Of a DNA stretch of 64,000 nt, positions 13,523-26,210 are shown in pieces; the stretch's first letter is position 1; every line of letters begins with the position of its first letter. This stretch comes from Lama guanicoe (taxonomy: Eukaryota): positions 871,775 through 935,774 of the forward strand of contig MU053994.1 in the NCBI GenBank assembly GCA_013239625.1. Direction: 5' to 3'. Under the pieces are notes generated by a model. It was not told where the DNA came from, searched no databases, and saw only the letters and a program-made list of their open reading frames with translations. The translations under genes and the position numbers were made by a program.

Positions 13523-14317
13523 TATCCACAAATGACAAATGCTGGAGAGGCTGTGGAGAAAAGGGAACCCTCCTTCACTGCTGGTGGGAATGCAGGTTGG
13601 TGCAGCCGCTGTGGAAAACAGTATGGAGATTCCTCAAAAGACTAGGAATAGACTTACCATATGACCCAGGAATCCCGCTCCTGGGCATAATTCTAGAAGG
13701 AACCCTACTTCAAAAAGACACCTGTACTCCAATGTTCATAGCAGCACTATTTACAGTAGCCAACACATGGAAACAGCCCAAATGTCCATCAACAGATGAC
13801 TGGATAAAGAAGCTGAAGTATATTTATACAATGGAATACTATTCAGCCATAAAAACCTACAACATAACGCCATTTGCAGCAACATGGATGCTCCTGGAGA
13901 ATGTCATTCTAAGTGAAGTAAGCCAGAAAGAGAAAGAAAAATACCATATGAGATCGCTCATATGTGGAATCTAAAACAAAAACAAAAACAAAAACAAAAA
14001 CAAAAAAACAAAACAAAGCATAAATACAAAACAGAAATAGACTCACAGACATAGAACACAAACTTGTGGTTGCCAAGGGGGCAGGGGGTGGGAAGGGACA
14101 GACGGGATTTCAAAATGTAGAATAGATAAACAAGATTATACTGTACAGCACAGGGAAATATATACAAGATCTTACGGTAGCTCACAGAGAAAAAAATGTG
14201 ACAATGAATATATATATATGTTCATGTATAACTGAAAAATTATGCTCTACACTGGAATTTGACACAACATTGTAAAATGATTATAAATCAATAAAAAATG
14301 TTAAAAAAAAAAAGAAA
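13523..14317 (+). mobile_element. Young 5'-truncated L1 (camelid-like 3' end) with a perfect 14-bp TSD
   Basis: Open ORF2 C-terminus [13 protein letters not shown]...[11 protein letters not shown]...YYSAIK (13597-13974). GAAAGAAAAAAGTG occurs at 13509-13522 and 14318-14331. Confidence 0.95.
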
Positions 14318-15399
14318 GAAAGAAAAAAGTGGTGAAAAGAAACTACCTCACACACATACAATATGGCTAAATTAATTCCAAGTTTGTTAACTACAACACA
14401 TATCAATCTAGCAGCAGGGAAGTGAGCACACAAAGCAGCATGGCTCCGCATGGCTTTCAGAGGTCACCACCACCACTAAGCCTTTAACAAGGGAACAGCT
14501 GCCACTGTCACTGTCTGCACAGGGCAGTCTTGCTGGATCTAAGAAGCTTAATTTCATGTTTGTAATTCAGGATGATACTTTGGGAAAACAGTAATAATGT
14601 CACAGACATAGCTTAACTTTTTTTTTTTATTCTCAGGCCCACTTTAAAACCCCAAATCCCTCCTAGTGTCTGAGGAAAGAAACCCAAACAACAAAAATAT
14701 ATTGAAGATAAAGATAATATAGTGACTAATTTTAAGATTCTTTCATTTCTTGTTCTATTTAGAGCCTTTGACTAATAAACTTGCCCCCAAATCCTTACCT
14801 TTAGAGTTATCTCAAGCAACTAGGCACATGAAGTTCAATTGAAGGATATTTTATCTGTGTGCTAGTGTAACCTTTAGTTAACACAGAAACCAAAAATTAC
14901 ATGTGGAAATTGCATTTTGTTCTAGGGTAATTGCTCTCCTCCATAATGACGAGTGTGGTGGGTGGATTTGTGAACTTTCACTGCTAGTCACGCATCTGCT
15001 ATTCCTCACCCTGATGTAGTCATCTTTTGCAAATTACTCTCTCAAATGGCAAGCTTCATCTGAAAGTAGACACTTTACTAGAGACACTATTTGAGTAACA
15101 GTTTGAAAGAGTTGAAGTTTAAAGGGAATGCCACGAAGGGCTGATAACTACATCAACCACAGGAAGCTGTAATGAATGAGTTATTGACCTGACCAGTGCT
15201 TGCAAGGATAGGAAGAATACATATATTCTCTCCACCTCTTCTAGTGACACTTTAGGTCTGGCTCCATCAACCTATATTTTAATTACTGTTTTACTGTCCC
15301 TTCCCCTTGCTCACATTTTTAGGTTTATCCTGTATTGAAAATAATTGTATCCCTAGCTCCCACAGGCTGCCAAACTCACTGCAATTAAATTTCTTGAAA

Positions 15400-16590
15400 A
15401 AATTCTCATAACCTGCTCACTGCTTATCCCTCTGAACTGTGTATTCCATTGTTGCTGCCCCACTGAAACCACTCACCAAGCTCACAGATGAACTGCTAAT
15501 TGTCAATCCCATTGTTTTCTCCTTCTCCCTATTCCTCTCCACCTCTCTCCATTTTTTTCATGTTGTTCTCTTTGAGCCTCTCTCTCCTCCTGATTTTAAC
15601 ACCAAACCCTCTTTGTTCTGCTTCTATATGCTCCTTCTCTGTCTTCTTGCACTGATTTTTCTTCCTCCTCTTGCTCCTAAATCCTTCCCAAGACTTTCTC
15701 ATTGGTTATCTTTTTCCTCATTTTTGAATCTTGATGAGTTCACCAATGTCCGTGGTTTCATCTGCCAAACTTATATCTCAGTGCAATTATTTTCTCAAGC
15801 TCTATTCCCACATTCACAACTTCCTAGTGGACATTACTCCCTGCATAATCCAACATCTCAAACTCAGAAAGTCCAAAGGTAAATTCATCATGTTCTTCCA
15901 CAAATTATCCCCTTTCCCAAAGGCTGGAAGCCTGTTCTTTGTCCATCACTTTATCCAATCAGATGCCAAATCTGTAAGCGCTCTGCCTTTGCAACATCTG
16001 CATCTGCCTCCTGTATTCCATTCTCACTACCCTACTCGCAATCCTCACAATCACTCATTTTGCTTTTGTAATAAGCTTCTAATTTCTCTTCCCCTACCCT
16101 TCCTTTCTTGTTCCAGTCAATCAAATTCAGTGTAGTCAAATTAATTTCCTAAAGTAGAGCAGTAATAGTTCACTTGTTCAAAAACCTTTAATAGCTCCTC
16201 CGTTCCTTTTCAGTTAAGTGCAAAGTTTTCATCCCAACATTCAAGCTGCTTTGTGATCCATCCCCAACCCATCTATGCTTGGCTTTTTCCCATCTACTCC
16301 TACTATATCCTACAAGAAAACTGACTTACTTGTTCCCTAAATCTGTCTCCATATTCCCTGTCTCCTTGCCTCTGTTCATACCACTTTCCTCATCTCAGCT
16401 TGTGAAAATTTTGACCAATATTCAATATCATTTTGGATGCCTTATGTTCTGTCTTCTCTTGTAAGAATCTGGGTGAAACTTCTGCCAAGACCCCATCTGA
16501 AACTTCAGTTACAGCAATTATTACATTTTGCATCTAATTACAGTTTTCTGTGAACTTGTTTTATCCCCCTATTCAGACTGGAACCTGCAT
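15400..16590 (+). mobile_element. L2 LINE fragment
   Basis: Pyrimidine-rich with L2 motifs such as CATCTCAAACTCAGAAAGTCCAAA and TCAAAAACCTTTAATAGCTCC. Confidence 0.7.
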
Positions 16591-16614
16591 TTTTAAATTG
16601 GGTAACATATTGGA

Positions 16615-17035
16615 CAGTATCAGTGCTCCTCCCAGATATCCCTTTTTGCCACTTGACTATTATGTGCCCTCCCTCCAGCAACGTCAGTGTTCTCTGAATT
16701 GCCAGGCCAGTGCCTGTGGCAGCTCTTCTTCAGAGCTGCCCTCAGGCTACTGGAGCTGCTTTGCCCACAAGGTCAGAGGGCTAGTGCTGGGAGCTCCCAT
16801 CCCCCCACTCTGCCTTGAGGAGGGTGGTTGCTGACCAGGGGATATTGAGCCCGTATGGGAGTATGAAAGCACAGCTGCCTGACCTCAAGATGATACAACT
16901 TGGAGGGCTGCCTCACACTGAGAGTCCCTCTGCAGGATCAGGCTGAAGTTAACCATTGCAGGATTTTTGCTGAGATATCACCCTGGCTTGACTTCCTCTT
17001 CTCTGCTCCCTAACCCATCTGCCTGTCTCTCAGGG
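16615..17035 (+). mobile_element. LTR16-like solo LTR
   Basis: GTGCTCCTCCCAGATATCCC...AGAGTCCCTCTGCAGGATCAGGCTGAAG. Confidence 0.55.
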
Positions 17036-17089
17036 TGCTGCTAGGCAACCATGGCCAAGACAAGAAACAGTTCTGGGTACCTACCACAT

Positions 17090-17295
17090 GACAGGCACCA
17101 TGCTAAAAGTGCACATAAGTAATTTCATGTAAATTTAACCCTCACAACAACCCCGAGAGCTAAGTACTATTATTATTCTGAATTAATGGATGGAGAAATT
17201 GAAGTTTAGAGGTTAAATAACTTTTTCAAGGCTACGTAGCTACTAGGTGGCAGTGCTGGGAATCCAAGCAAGGCTTCAGAGGCAGTTCAGCCAAC
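17090..17295 (-). mobile_element. MIR SINE
   Basis: TTTAACCCTCACAACAACCCC...GGAGAAATTGAAGTTTAGAGGTTAAATAACTT MIR core. Confidence 0.75.
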
Positions 17296-17319
17296 CATTT
17301 GGCTAGGCTGCTTCCAAAA

Positions 17320-17820
17320 CTGCTAAATGGAAAGCAGACATCTAAGAGGGTCCCCCATGATTCCTGGCTTTTGGTTTTCACACCCGTACGTAGTCCCCTC
17401 CCCTTGAGTGTGAACTGCACCTAGTGATTTGCCTCTAACAAATACAATATGGTGATGAGATGACACTTCCATGATAGTCACACAAGATTGTAAATTCCCT
17501 CTTACCAGCAGACCCTCTTGCTGGCTTTGATGAAGCAAAGTTGCCATGTTGGGGAGGCCTATGTAGCAAGGAATTCAGGGTGGCCTCCAGTCAAGAGTCG
17601 GCAAACAACTGAGGCCCTCAGTCCGAACATTTGCAAGAAACTGAATCTTGCCAATAACCACGTGAGTGAGCTTAGAAGTGAATCCTTTCCCAGTGAGATT
17701 ATAGCCACAGTCCACACCGTGACTGCAGCCTATGAGAGAGCCTGAGCCAGAGGGTTCAGTTAAGCTGTGCCTGAATTCCTGACTGATAGAAACTGGGAGA
17801 TAATAAGTGTGCGGTATTAA
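17320..17820 (+). mobile_element. MLT1 (MaLR) LTR
   Basis: CCCCTCCCCTTGAGTGTG...GAAACTGAATCTTGCCAATAACCACGTGAGTGAGCTT...CCTGAATTCCTGAC. Confidence 0.8.
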
Positions 17821-18614
17821 AAACCAAAACCAAAAACCAAACCAAACGAAAGCAACAACAACAGTAAAAACAACTGCTGCCTGGAAAGCAGAGAAGGAGT
17901 CAAGCTTGTTATTCTGTGTTAACACTTGCAACTTCTGGCTCAGTGACTTACCAATAAAAATTCTAACTGATAATCTATCACCTGTGGTAATTTTACAATT
18001 CAATAAATTTAGCTAGAATGGTGGCAATAAACAGCTAGAAAAGCATTAACTTTCCAGTGTGATTGGTACTTAGTGCCCTTAGAACAACAAAGTAAACAAC
18101 AAATAAATTATTTGTGTGTGTGAGGATTGGGTAAAGAATTTTTTTAATGCAGCCAAATAAGCTCATGTCTTTGTGCTTATTTCAATTAATCAATCAATAA
18201 GCCACAATGCAAATTGGTTACCAGCTGGCTTTTTGTGCAATTATAAGTTATGTTCAGTGCCTCTGAGTCAACATCATGTTTTCCAACATGTGCCTCTCCC
18301 TGCCCCAGCATCGCCACCCACGTATAGCACAGTTGCCATGTAAATGGACATCAGCCAAGGATGCTTTCTCCAGCTCTCTATTCCTCTTGTTGCCATGCAA
18401 TGACAGATTAAAACTCAGAGAAGATAGAAGTAAAATTGAAAAACATGCAGCCCTTCAACGCCCACAGCAAGAAAAGGTAATAATGGAACGAATGACAGTG
18501 AGCCGTAGTCAGCCACAATGATGGCAGGAGTAGAAAACGTCCAGAAGATAAAAGCAGTTGCATAATGACCCACAGGGAGAAACACACACCTTCTCCATCC
18601 ATTTCAAACAGCGG

Positions 18615-18725
18615 TTGGCAACAACTGCCCTGATTTATCTGAGATTGTTCTCGTTTTAGCACTGAAAGTCCTGTGTCCTGGGAAACAGCTCAGTCCCTGG
18701 CAAACCAAAATGGCTGGTCACCCTA
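18615..18725. mobile_element. MER94-like MITE
   Basis: GTTTTAGCACTGAAAGTCCTGTGTCCTGGGAAAC...CTGGTCACCCTA. Confidence 0.65.
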
Positions 18726-19279
18726 GCAACAACCATTAAATTTCCAAAGGGCTCTGCTCCCATTGATATCTACTTTTTAATTGGACGGGTCAGTAAAAAG
18801 CCATTTTCTTAAACTTTTCTTTTTGAAAGAAAATATAAATTTTCTATTGGCAGAGTTTATTTTTTAAGGTAGTGCCATAAATTCTGTTTCTTTCACTAAA
18901 AAGTGAAAAAGACATTGGTAAGATTTTACTAATCTTACTCAGATGATATATTTAAGATAAGAAGTAGGGGATGAGATACAGAAGTAAGATTGGAAGACAG
19001 AAAGCTGTCAAAAATAAGGACCAAAAGCACATTTAAGTTAAATCGATTATACTTCAATAAAAAAATTCATCAGGATATTATTGACTGATGGAATCATTTG
19101 GCTGAATATAAAGGCACAAATTAATTAAGATGGTAGTTACTTTTCACCCCTAGAGATGTGGGCCATACAGTTTTCAAATTTTATAGCTAGAAGATACCTT
19201 GGAGGTAATCTAATCTAAGCTCCTACTGTGTAGATGGCATTCAAGGAAGCTTAAGCTTGCCTTTTGCTGCCTGTTGCAG

Positions 19280-20060
19280 ACCACTGGTTTGGGGAGATCT
19301 TAATAGGTTTATATGATAAAAGGGTTCCTTGGTCACATAAGTTTGGGAAATATCAAGGTAAGCAATATCAAACAAGTTTCTTGACTGCAGGAATTTTCTA
19401 GGCATTTTATACGCCCACAGTGACTCACTTAAAAATGTACATTTGAATCACCTGGGGAACTCTTAGAAACTTCAGGTGACTGGACTCCCCTCAGATCCAG
19501 GGAATAAGAGAAAAAATATCACTCTCTGGATGGTTCTGATATTCACCTGGTAAAGAATCACTGGCTAACATGGATGAAACTAGAGATGATCATATTAAGT
19601 AAAGTAAGTCAGACAGAGAAAGACAAACATCATATGATATCATTTATATGTGGAATCTAAAAAAAAAAAGATACAAAGTTTATTTACCAGAAATAGACTC
19701 ATGGACCTAGAAAACAAACTATGGTTACCAAAAGGGAAAGGGCTGGGAAGAATAAATTAGGGGCTGGAGATGAACAGACACACACTACTATATATAAAAT
19801 AGATAAACAACAAAGACCTAATGTATAGCACAGGGAACTATATTCAATTTCTTATAATAAGCTATAATGGAAAAGACTATGAAAATGAACATATGTATGT
19901 ACGTATAACTGAATCGATTTGTTGTACACCTGAAACTAACACTATAAATCAACTACACTTCAAAAAATAAAATTAAAAAAAAATCACTGGCTACTGCACA
20001 CTATGAATCTGTAAGAGCAAGAAAATATCTGCAATATATGCCAAACTTCTTGATCATATG
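19280..20060. mobile_element. Charlie4-like hAT element interrupted by a MER5A-like MITE (~19420-19565) and an L1 3' end (19568-19981, plus strand)
   Basis: GGTCACATAAGTTTGGGAAA left arm and CCAAACTTCTTGATCA right arm. The L1 tail is flanked by AATCACTGGCTA at 19556-19567 and 19982-19993. Confidence 0.7.
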
Positions 20061-20279
20061 TTTTTTCTTCCCTCTCTCCTTCCCTTCAACCTACTTTCCT
20101 TCTTTTACTCTTCCATCCTTCCCCCTCCCCTTCCCTCTTTCCTTCCTTTTGGTTTTGGGAAATACTGATTTATACTCTGAGGTTTTATTTGTTTGATCAA
20201 CCATTATAAGGGGGAAAAAAGAATATCAGAATGATATCTGTAAATGAAATTTTATTTATTTAAAGACAGACTACATTTT

Positions 20280-21060
20280 CTTTATCTAACTATTTGATAT
20301 GAAAATTAAAACCATATAGGAAAGTAAGGAGAGTACTACAGTGAACCCCCTTAAACCATCACTGGCTAGTTTCAACAGCTATCAACAAATGGCCCTCTTG
20401 TTTCATCTATACCTTCAACCACTTCTCCCCTCTCCCCACTGCTGGAGTTTTGTGAAGCAAACTCCAGAAAATCATATTATTTTACTGATAAATATTTCAA
20501 AGTATATCTCTAAAAGGTAAGAATTCTTTTAAATATAATTGCAATACCATTATCACATCCAAAAATTGACAATAATTCTTCAATACTATTAAATATTCAG
20601 TTAGTATGCAAACTAAGAAATTAGCTTAAGGTGACTTGACATCTCAGTGATAATAAATTTTCCTAAGCAGAATATGGTATGTCTTTTCATTTGTTCATGT
20701 GTAGTCTTGTGCCTATCAGAAACGTGTTATAGTTTTTCTCATATAGGTTTTGGAGTTTTTGAAAATAAATTTCCACCTGAGTATTATATTTGATTTATTT
20801 TGGTTAATTATTTGCTGTTTTAAATGGGGTCTTCTCTTCCATTATTTTTTCTAACCTGTTATTTTTTATATATACAAAGTTTATTAATTTTAATCAACTT
20901 TATGAAGGTATAATTTACATGCAACAATATACACAGATTTTAAGTGTACAGTTCAATGAGTTTTAATAAAAGTATATACCCACTTAACCACCATCCTTGT
21001 TATTAATTTATATATGTATATGTTGATTTTATAAACCGTTTATTTACTAAATTCTATCTT
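20280..21060 (-). mobile_element. Old L1MC/L1ME fragments
   Basis: CAATACCATTATCACATCCAAAAATTGACAATAATTC; TTTAAGTGTACAGTTCAATGAGTTTT. Confidence 0.6.
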
Positions 21061-21909
21061 TAATACATACTTTCACAATTCTTACTAGCTTTTGGCTAAT
21101 CATTTGAAAAAGGATCACATTCCAATTTCTTTTTTTGGTTTTACTTCTCACTCTATCCCATCATGCCAAAAAGATTTTCCAGTCAATGCTGTTATAGGAA
21201 TAGAGTCAATGTCAAAGTCTGACTGCTCCTAGAGATGTAAATTGTTGTTACAGGCATAAAGAAACATGATTCTCTTTGCAACAGGTGTCATGCTAAATGC
21301 AAGTTTACTGATGCAAACAGCTAATAATAATTGGAATGTGAGCTGACTCAAGAATAGATATCTGGCTCATTAATATTTGCTTCAGAGAAATAGGCTCAAA
21401 TGTTCTTCTTGAGTCTCAGTGGGTCCAATGACCTGGATGTTCAGATGAATAAATTTATAGCTGATCTTAGTACTAGAGTTGTCATTACTCAGAGAATTCC
21501 AAATGACCACTGTCTGGAAAAATGTGTTTACCAAGCCCCAGCTGTTATACTTAATGAATATTTAGGAAGCTACAGTGACTGGCAATGGTCTCAGTGCTCC
21601 CAAAGTGTGATGATTTTATTTGAAAGTTGAAAGGCAGCCAACTCACTCGCCTAGCTGATATCAGAAAAGAGTAACAGTTTCGCATGGGAGTGTGCACTTT
21701 ACAGGTGGAGTCTCCCCTGAGACAATCAACACTATGGGGATAGACTGTTACCTACCTTGGGGCTAGATAATGAGCAATACATGGAGCAAGGATGTGGGGG
21801 TCAAAGGGTGAGGCACACTGCTTAGAGGATAAAAGGAGAAAAGAATGGGTTCTTCTGGAAGTTCCTAGAGCCAATAGAGGCTGTAACACATAATTTATTA
21901 ATTCATCTT

Positions 21910-22360
21910 TGTCTTAGTTTGGGGTTCTGGAAAAGCAGACCCTCAGCAAGGATTTGGGCATGACTAGTTTACTGGGAGAGGAGGTATGATCTCCAGAAGC
22001 ATGGTGAAGGAAGGAAGGAAAATTAATAAATGTGTGTAAATGAAAGGATTATTACTGCTGCGGGAAACCCAGGACTCAGTCTTACTTGGCATTTTCTGAG
22101 ATACTCTGTAAAACATGTTTCAGAATTGTCCTACTGACAGCTGAGGACACTGAGATATTTATACACTAATTTCCATCCCTTATCAGTTCAAGGTCATTAT
22201 GAGGGACGGGGCAAAAGTTTTTACACTTCTGAACTCTCCCATATGCAGACCAAGCATGCTCTTGTGGCCAGAAAGTACCCTCTGGCAAAGAGCTGTATGA
22301 GAACTACTTGCAAGCAATTTCCAGGGTAGATGAAAAGGATGTAGGTGCTGTAATTCTATA
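21910..22360 (-). mobile_element. LTR16-like solo LTR
   Basis: TGTCTTAGTTTGGGGTTCTGGAAAAGCAGACCCT terminus. Confidence 0.65.
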
Positions 22361-22479
22361 TTGCTTGTGTTCCTCTCTGGTTGTTTTTTATTTGTGAGTT
22401 TCATTTTACCAACAGGAATGTAAACTCTTTGAACGCATGGCCCACACCTTAAAGTATTTGTATTGCTTCCTCCATAAAT

Positions 22480-22945
22480 TCTGGTGATCTCCTTGCTACT
22501 GTTAGATTAAATCCACTAAACCCACCATGACCAGGGCCTTGCCCGGACTTTCTCTCCAGACTTCTCTTCGCTCTCTCATTCCAAGCACTCCAGTCATTCA
22601 GTCTGCCTCAAGTGCCTCCTCTCTGTCTAGACCTTTTCTTCCCTTGTCCAACTGGGCAACACTGATCATCTTTCAAGATCAGTTAAGTAATTCTTCTTTC
22701 ATAAAAGTATTCCATGTTCCACCCAAGTAGAACAATCCTCCCTTCTTTGCAAACCACTACCTGGCTCTTAACTTCTACTATACAATTTACATACTGTACT
22801 GAAGTTTATGTTTTTATGTGTTTGTCTTGCCTACCAGAGAGTGATCTCATTGAGAAAGTAAACTGTCTGAAATATTTCTTCATCTGCAGCACTTAGAGCC
22901 TGGTACAGAGTAAATGCTTAATAAATATTTTTGAATGAATAAATC
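22480..22945 (+). mobile_element. L2 3' end
   Basis: Ends CAGCACTTAGAGCCTGGTACAGAGTAAATGCTTAATAAATATTTTTGAATGAAT. Confidence 0.75.
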
Positions 22946-23069
22946 AACATAACCAGTAAATACTTACAAATTAGATGAAACAAGAGGCTGGACATACCTT
23001 CTTTGGGCACCTCTAATAAAAAACTATCAAATATTTGTACATTGAATGATGAATATCCCCTAGAATTGC

Positions 23070-23560
23070 ATGTCATCGCCCTTCAGCCAAAGACAACCAA
23101 GAACACACTTGTAGTTAAATAAGTTGGAATTCTACTCATTAAAGAGTAAGAACATACATCATGAGGGACTGTGGGGTGTCTCAGTAAGAATGTGTAGAAA
23201 GAAACTATTGTAGGATTTGGGCTTTCGATAGATGATTTGGGACCAAGGAAGTAGAGACCAAGGAAGCAGAGATTTGCTCTAGATTAGATGTCATCAGAAA
23301 GTGAGGGAATGCAAAGATTGGGTATTTTGTGAAAGTCACAGTGACTCTGGTTTTGCCTGTGCTTAGACAAAATTATGAAGTGACCTCGTTTTGTTTCATT
23401 TTATCATGGTCTCAGAGTAACTTTAAGTTTGGTCTTCTTTGAAATTGTTCATGTCCAACAGAATAAAATGGCCTGGCTGTGAACGTTTGACTGGCTTGCA
23501 ATAATACTGGGGTCTAGTTGTGAATGTCAGATAAGTTTTGAACATCAGGGAATGCATTTT
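23070..23560. mobile_element. ERV solo LTR (MER110/MER90-like)
   Basis: GAACACACTTGTAGTTAAATAAGTTGG...GTCTCAGTAAGAATGTG. The family name is from recall only. Confidence 0.4.
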
Positions 23561-24204
23561 TTGAGATGATGATCAAAGAGAAAGGCCCCAAAGAAAGGTT
23601 ATAGTATGTCTACATACTGATAGCATTCACAGGTGTGGAATAAGAGCTGAAAAGAAGGGAATAAAAGTGAAAAATCCTGCTCTATGATTTTTCAAGTTGA
23701 CAGGAGTTTTAAATCCTGAAGCTCTGCATAGTATTAAAGGCATATCTTGGCTGAAAGAAAAATTTTTTTTCACCAGAAAAGCAAGTAGCATAGATTCTTC
23801 TTTGAAGATATAAAATCATAAGGTCTAGAAAATTAAAATACTTAATCCAGCAGCAATATCACTTGCTCAGTGATAAAATAATAGGATTTCCTTTTCCTTG
23901 CCTCCCTGTTCTGACTACTCTCTTTTAAAAAAAAACATTGTTGACATCCTTTTTTGGGGATGAGGGTTAGATGAGAAATCTGAAAGTATATAATTTATGT
24001 TGTGGAAGGAAAAAAGAATTTGTAATTTTCTTGTATTTAAATTGTTTTTGAAGCCCTGTGACTAGAAATCTGAGTCCACAGGGTCAATATTATAATATTT
24101 ATCCAACAAATTATTTTTGAGTACTTGGTATATTATAAGTTAGGCATTATGCTAGATGCAGTAGTTATAGGTCTAAAAGATCTGTGATTGACTTTTAGGG
24201 GAAA

Positions 24205-24695
24205 TTTTTTATTTAGATATAAACCCAAACTTTCAGAAAAGTTGCAACAATAGTTTACCCTTCCTACCAATTCACCAATTGTTTTTCCCAACCATTTTTG
24301 AGCAAGTTAGAGATATTGTGCCCAGCTTACCCCTAAATACTTTGGTATATATTTTCTAAAAGCAAGGACATTCTCCTACGTAACTACCACACAATTATCC
24401 AAATTAGGAGATTTAACATTGATACAATATCATTATCCAATTCATAGTCCATATTAAAAATTTTATAAATTGTCCCAATGTCCTTTATAGTTTTCCCCCC
24501 TACACTGGTCCAAGATCACACATGTAGCTGTCATGTCTCTAACCTGGAACAATTCCTTAGTCTTTCTCTGCTTTTCTTGACCTTCATACTTTTGAGAAGT
24601 ACAGGCTAGATATTTTGTAGAATGCCGTTCAACTTGAATCTGATATTTTCTCAGTATTAGATTCAGGGAATGAATTTTTTGCAGGAATATGTACT
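24205..24695 (-). mobile_element. L1MC 3' end
   Basis: CAAGGACATTCTCCTACGTAACTACCAC...TTTAACATTGATACAATA...TATTTTGTAGAATGCC. Confidence 0.75.
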
Positions 24696-25744
24696 TGATT
24701 TAAAATCCCAGAATAGCTGCCTCCTCCCACATCCCCCACACTTTGACCTGACACCTCATGCAGTTGAGGGCCCTTAGAGGTCTCCTGGTAAAATCCAGAC
24801 TTTTCTCTGCTTCCTATTAATCCCTAACTTAGCTAACAGAACTGCTAAAATCCTGGGGATGTCTGCTTTTTGGGGAGTTTATAATCAGCTGAAACCTTGT
24901 ATTAATTCAAAACTCTTTCCTAATGTGTGCCCTTTCCCACCCCCATGGATTACTGCCTGTTTCATTATTATTGCAAAGAATAAATTATTCATCAAGGTGG
25001 ATAAATGGATTATGGAGATAAATAACATGACATGAATGCAGTAAAAATGTCCTTTTCTAAATAAGTAGTATTTTTAACCTAACCCTCTAAGACTGTACAT
25101 CTTTCTGGAGAGAGTCAACCACATAGATTCCAAAAGTAAGAGCCTTAAACAGGCCGTATAGTAAAGAAGTTCAAGGCCTCAGTGATGCCTGGAGGTTTGA
25201 CTGTGCCTATTCAGTTCCTGCTCCCTCATGCTGACATACCCAAGGCTACCAAGAAGTGTTAAGGAGGAGGATGTGTGGGCAAAAAGAGTGGGCAGAGAAG
25301 AATTGGAAACTATGCAAAGAGTAGCAGCCAGCAGCTAATTAGTTTCAGCTCTGAAATGACCCTTTTGTGTGGCTTGTCCTTCCAGAGAGGTTAAAATGCT
25401 ATCATGCCTACTTTTAGCAGTGTGGTCATCAAAACAATTAATCCCAGGTCCTAAATAAGGTGGCTCCCCTTATTCAGGTAAAGAGAAAGTGGTCCTCCTT
25501 CATTTTCTTTTTTCCCCCTTCCTACATACTGAATGTCACAACCAAGAAATGAGCAAATCCCCACATTTCACTTCCATACATAGGGCCTATTTAGAGGGAG
25601 AAATGATCATTCAAGAATGTTGTAGAATCTTAAGTTACCTATTTTCCCGAAACTGAGAAGCAAGCTTATTTTGAGATGTTACTATCATAGTTCTTTACTA
25701 AGCTCTGCTGGGATATAAAATCAGTTGATAAAAACAGCTAACCA

Positions 25745-26210
25745 GTATTGTGCATTTAGCAAATGCTGGGCCATGACTTAGGGATCTTACATGGCTTGTT
25801 TCATTTAATCCTCCCTAAAATCTTTGCATTGGATAGTATCATCTTTATTATGATCATGTCCAATTTTTCAGAGGAGGAAACTGGGACCAAGAAAGGTGAA
25901 GAGACTAGACCAAGATGAGTTAGCAGCAAGATCTGAACAGTCAGACCCAGCACCCATTGCTCAACCACTATGCTTTCTGCCTTTCAGACTGCAACTTGCC
26001 TACAGTCTAGTGGGCACCATAAGACAACTAAGAAGAAGAATCGATGCCAGATGACTTGTTTGGGTTGGTCAAGGGAGATTTCACAGAAGGCAGACTGGAA
26101 CTAGGCTGAAAAGTAGACTGAGTTTGATTTAGTGAAGAGGAGTATGAAGGGCTTTCCAGGTGAGGGGAACACATGATAACTGCAGGTACTGGAACAGCAA
26201 ATGGAGCACT
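25745..26210 (-). mobile_element. MIR followed by an L2 fragment
   Basis: TCATTTAATCCTCC...GAGGAGGAAACTGGGAC; GGTCAAGGGAGATTTCACAGAAGG. Confidence 0.6.

Noticed and set aside
15439..16135. Hydrophobic 147-aa and 134-aa ORFs resembling membrane proteins
   Set aside because: They lie in a pyrimidine-rich L2 remnant, which explains the Leu/Phe/Ser bias.
17240..17253. CTCF-like motif CTACTAGGTGGCAG
   Set aside because: Mismatch at a core C and located in a MIR where similar words are common; unsupported without ChIP data.
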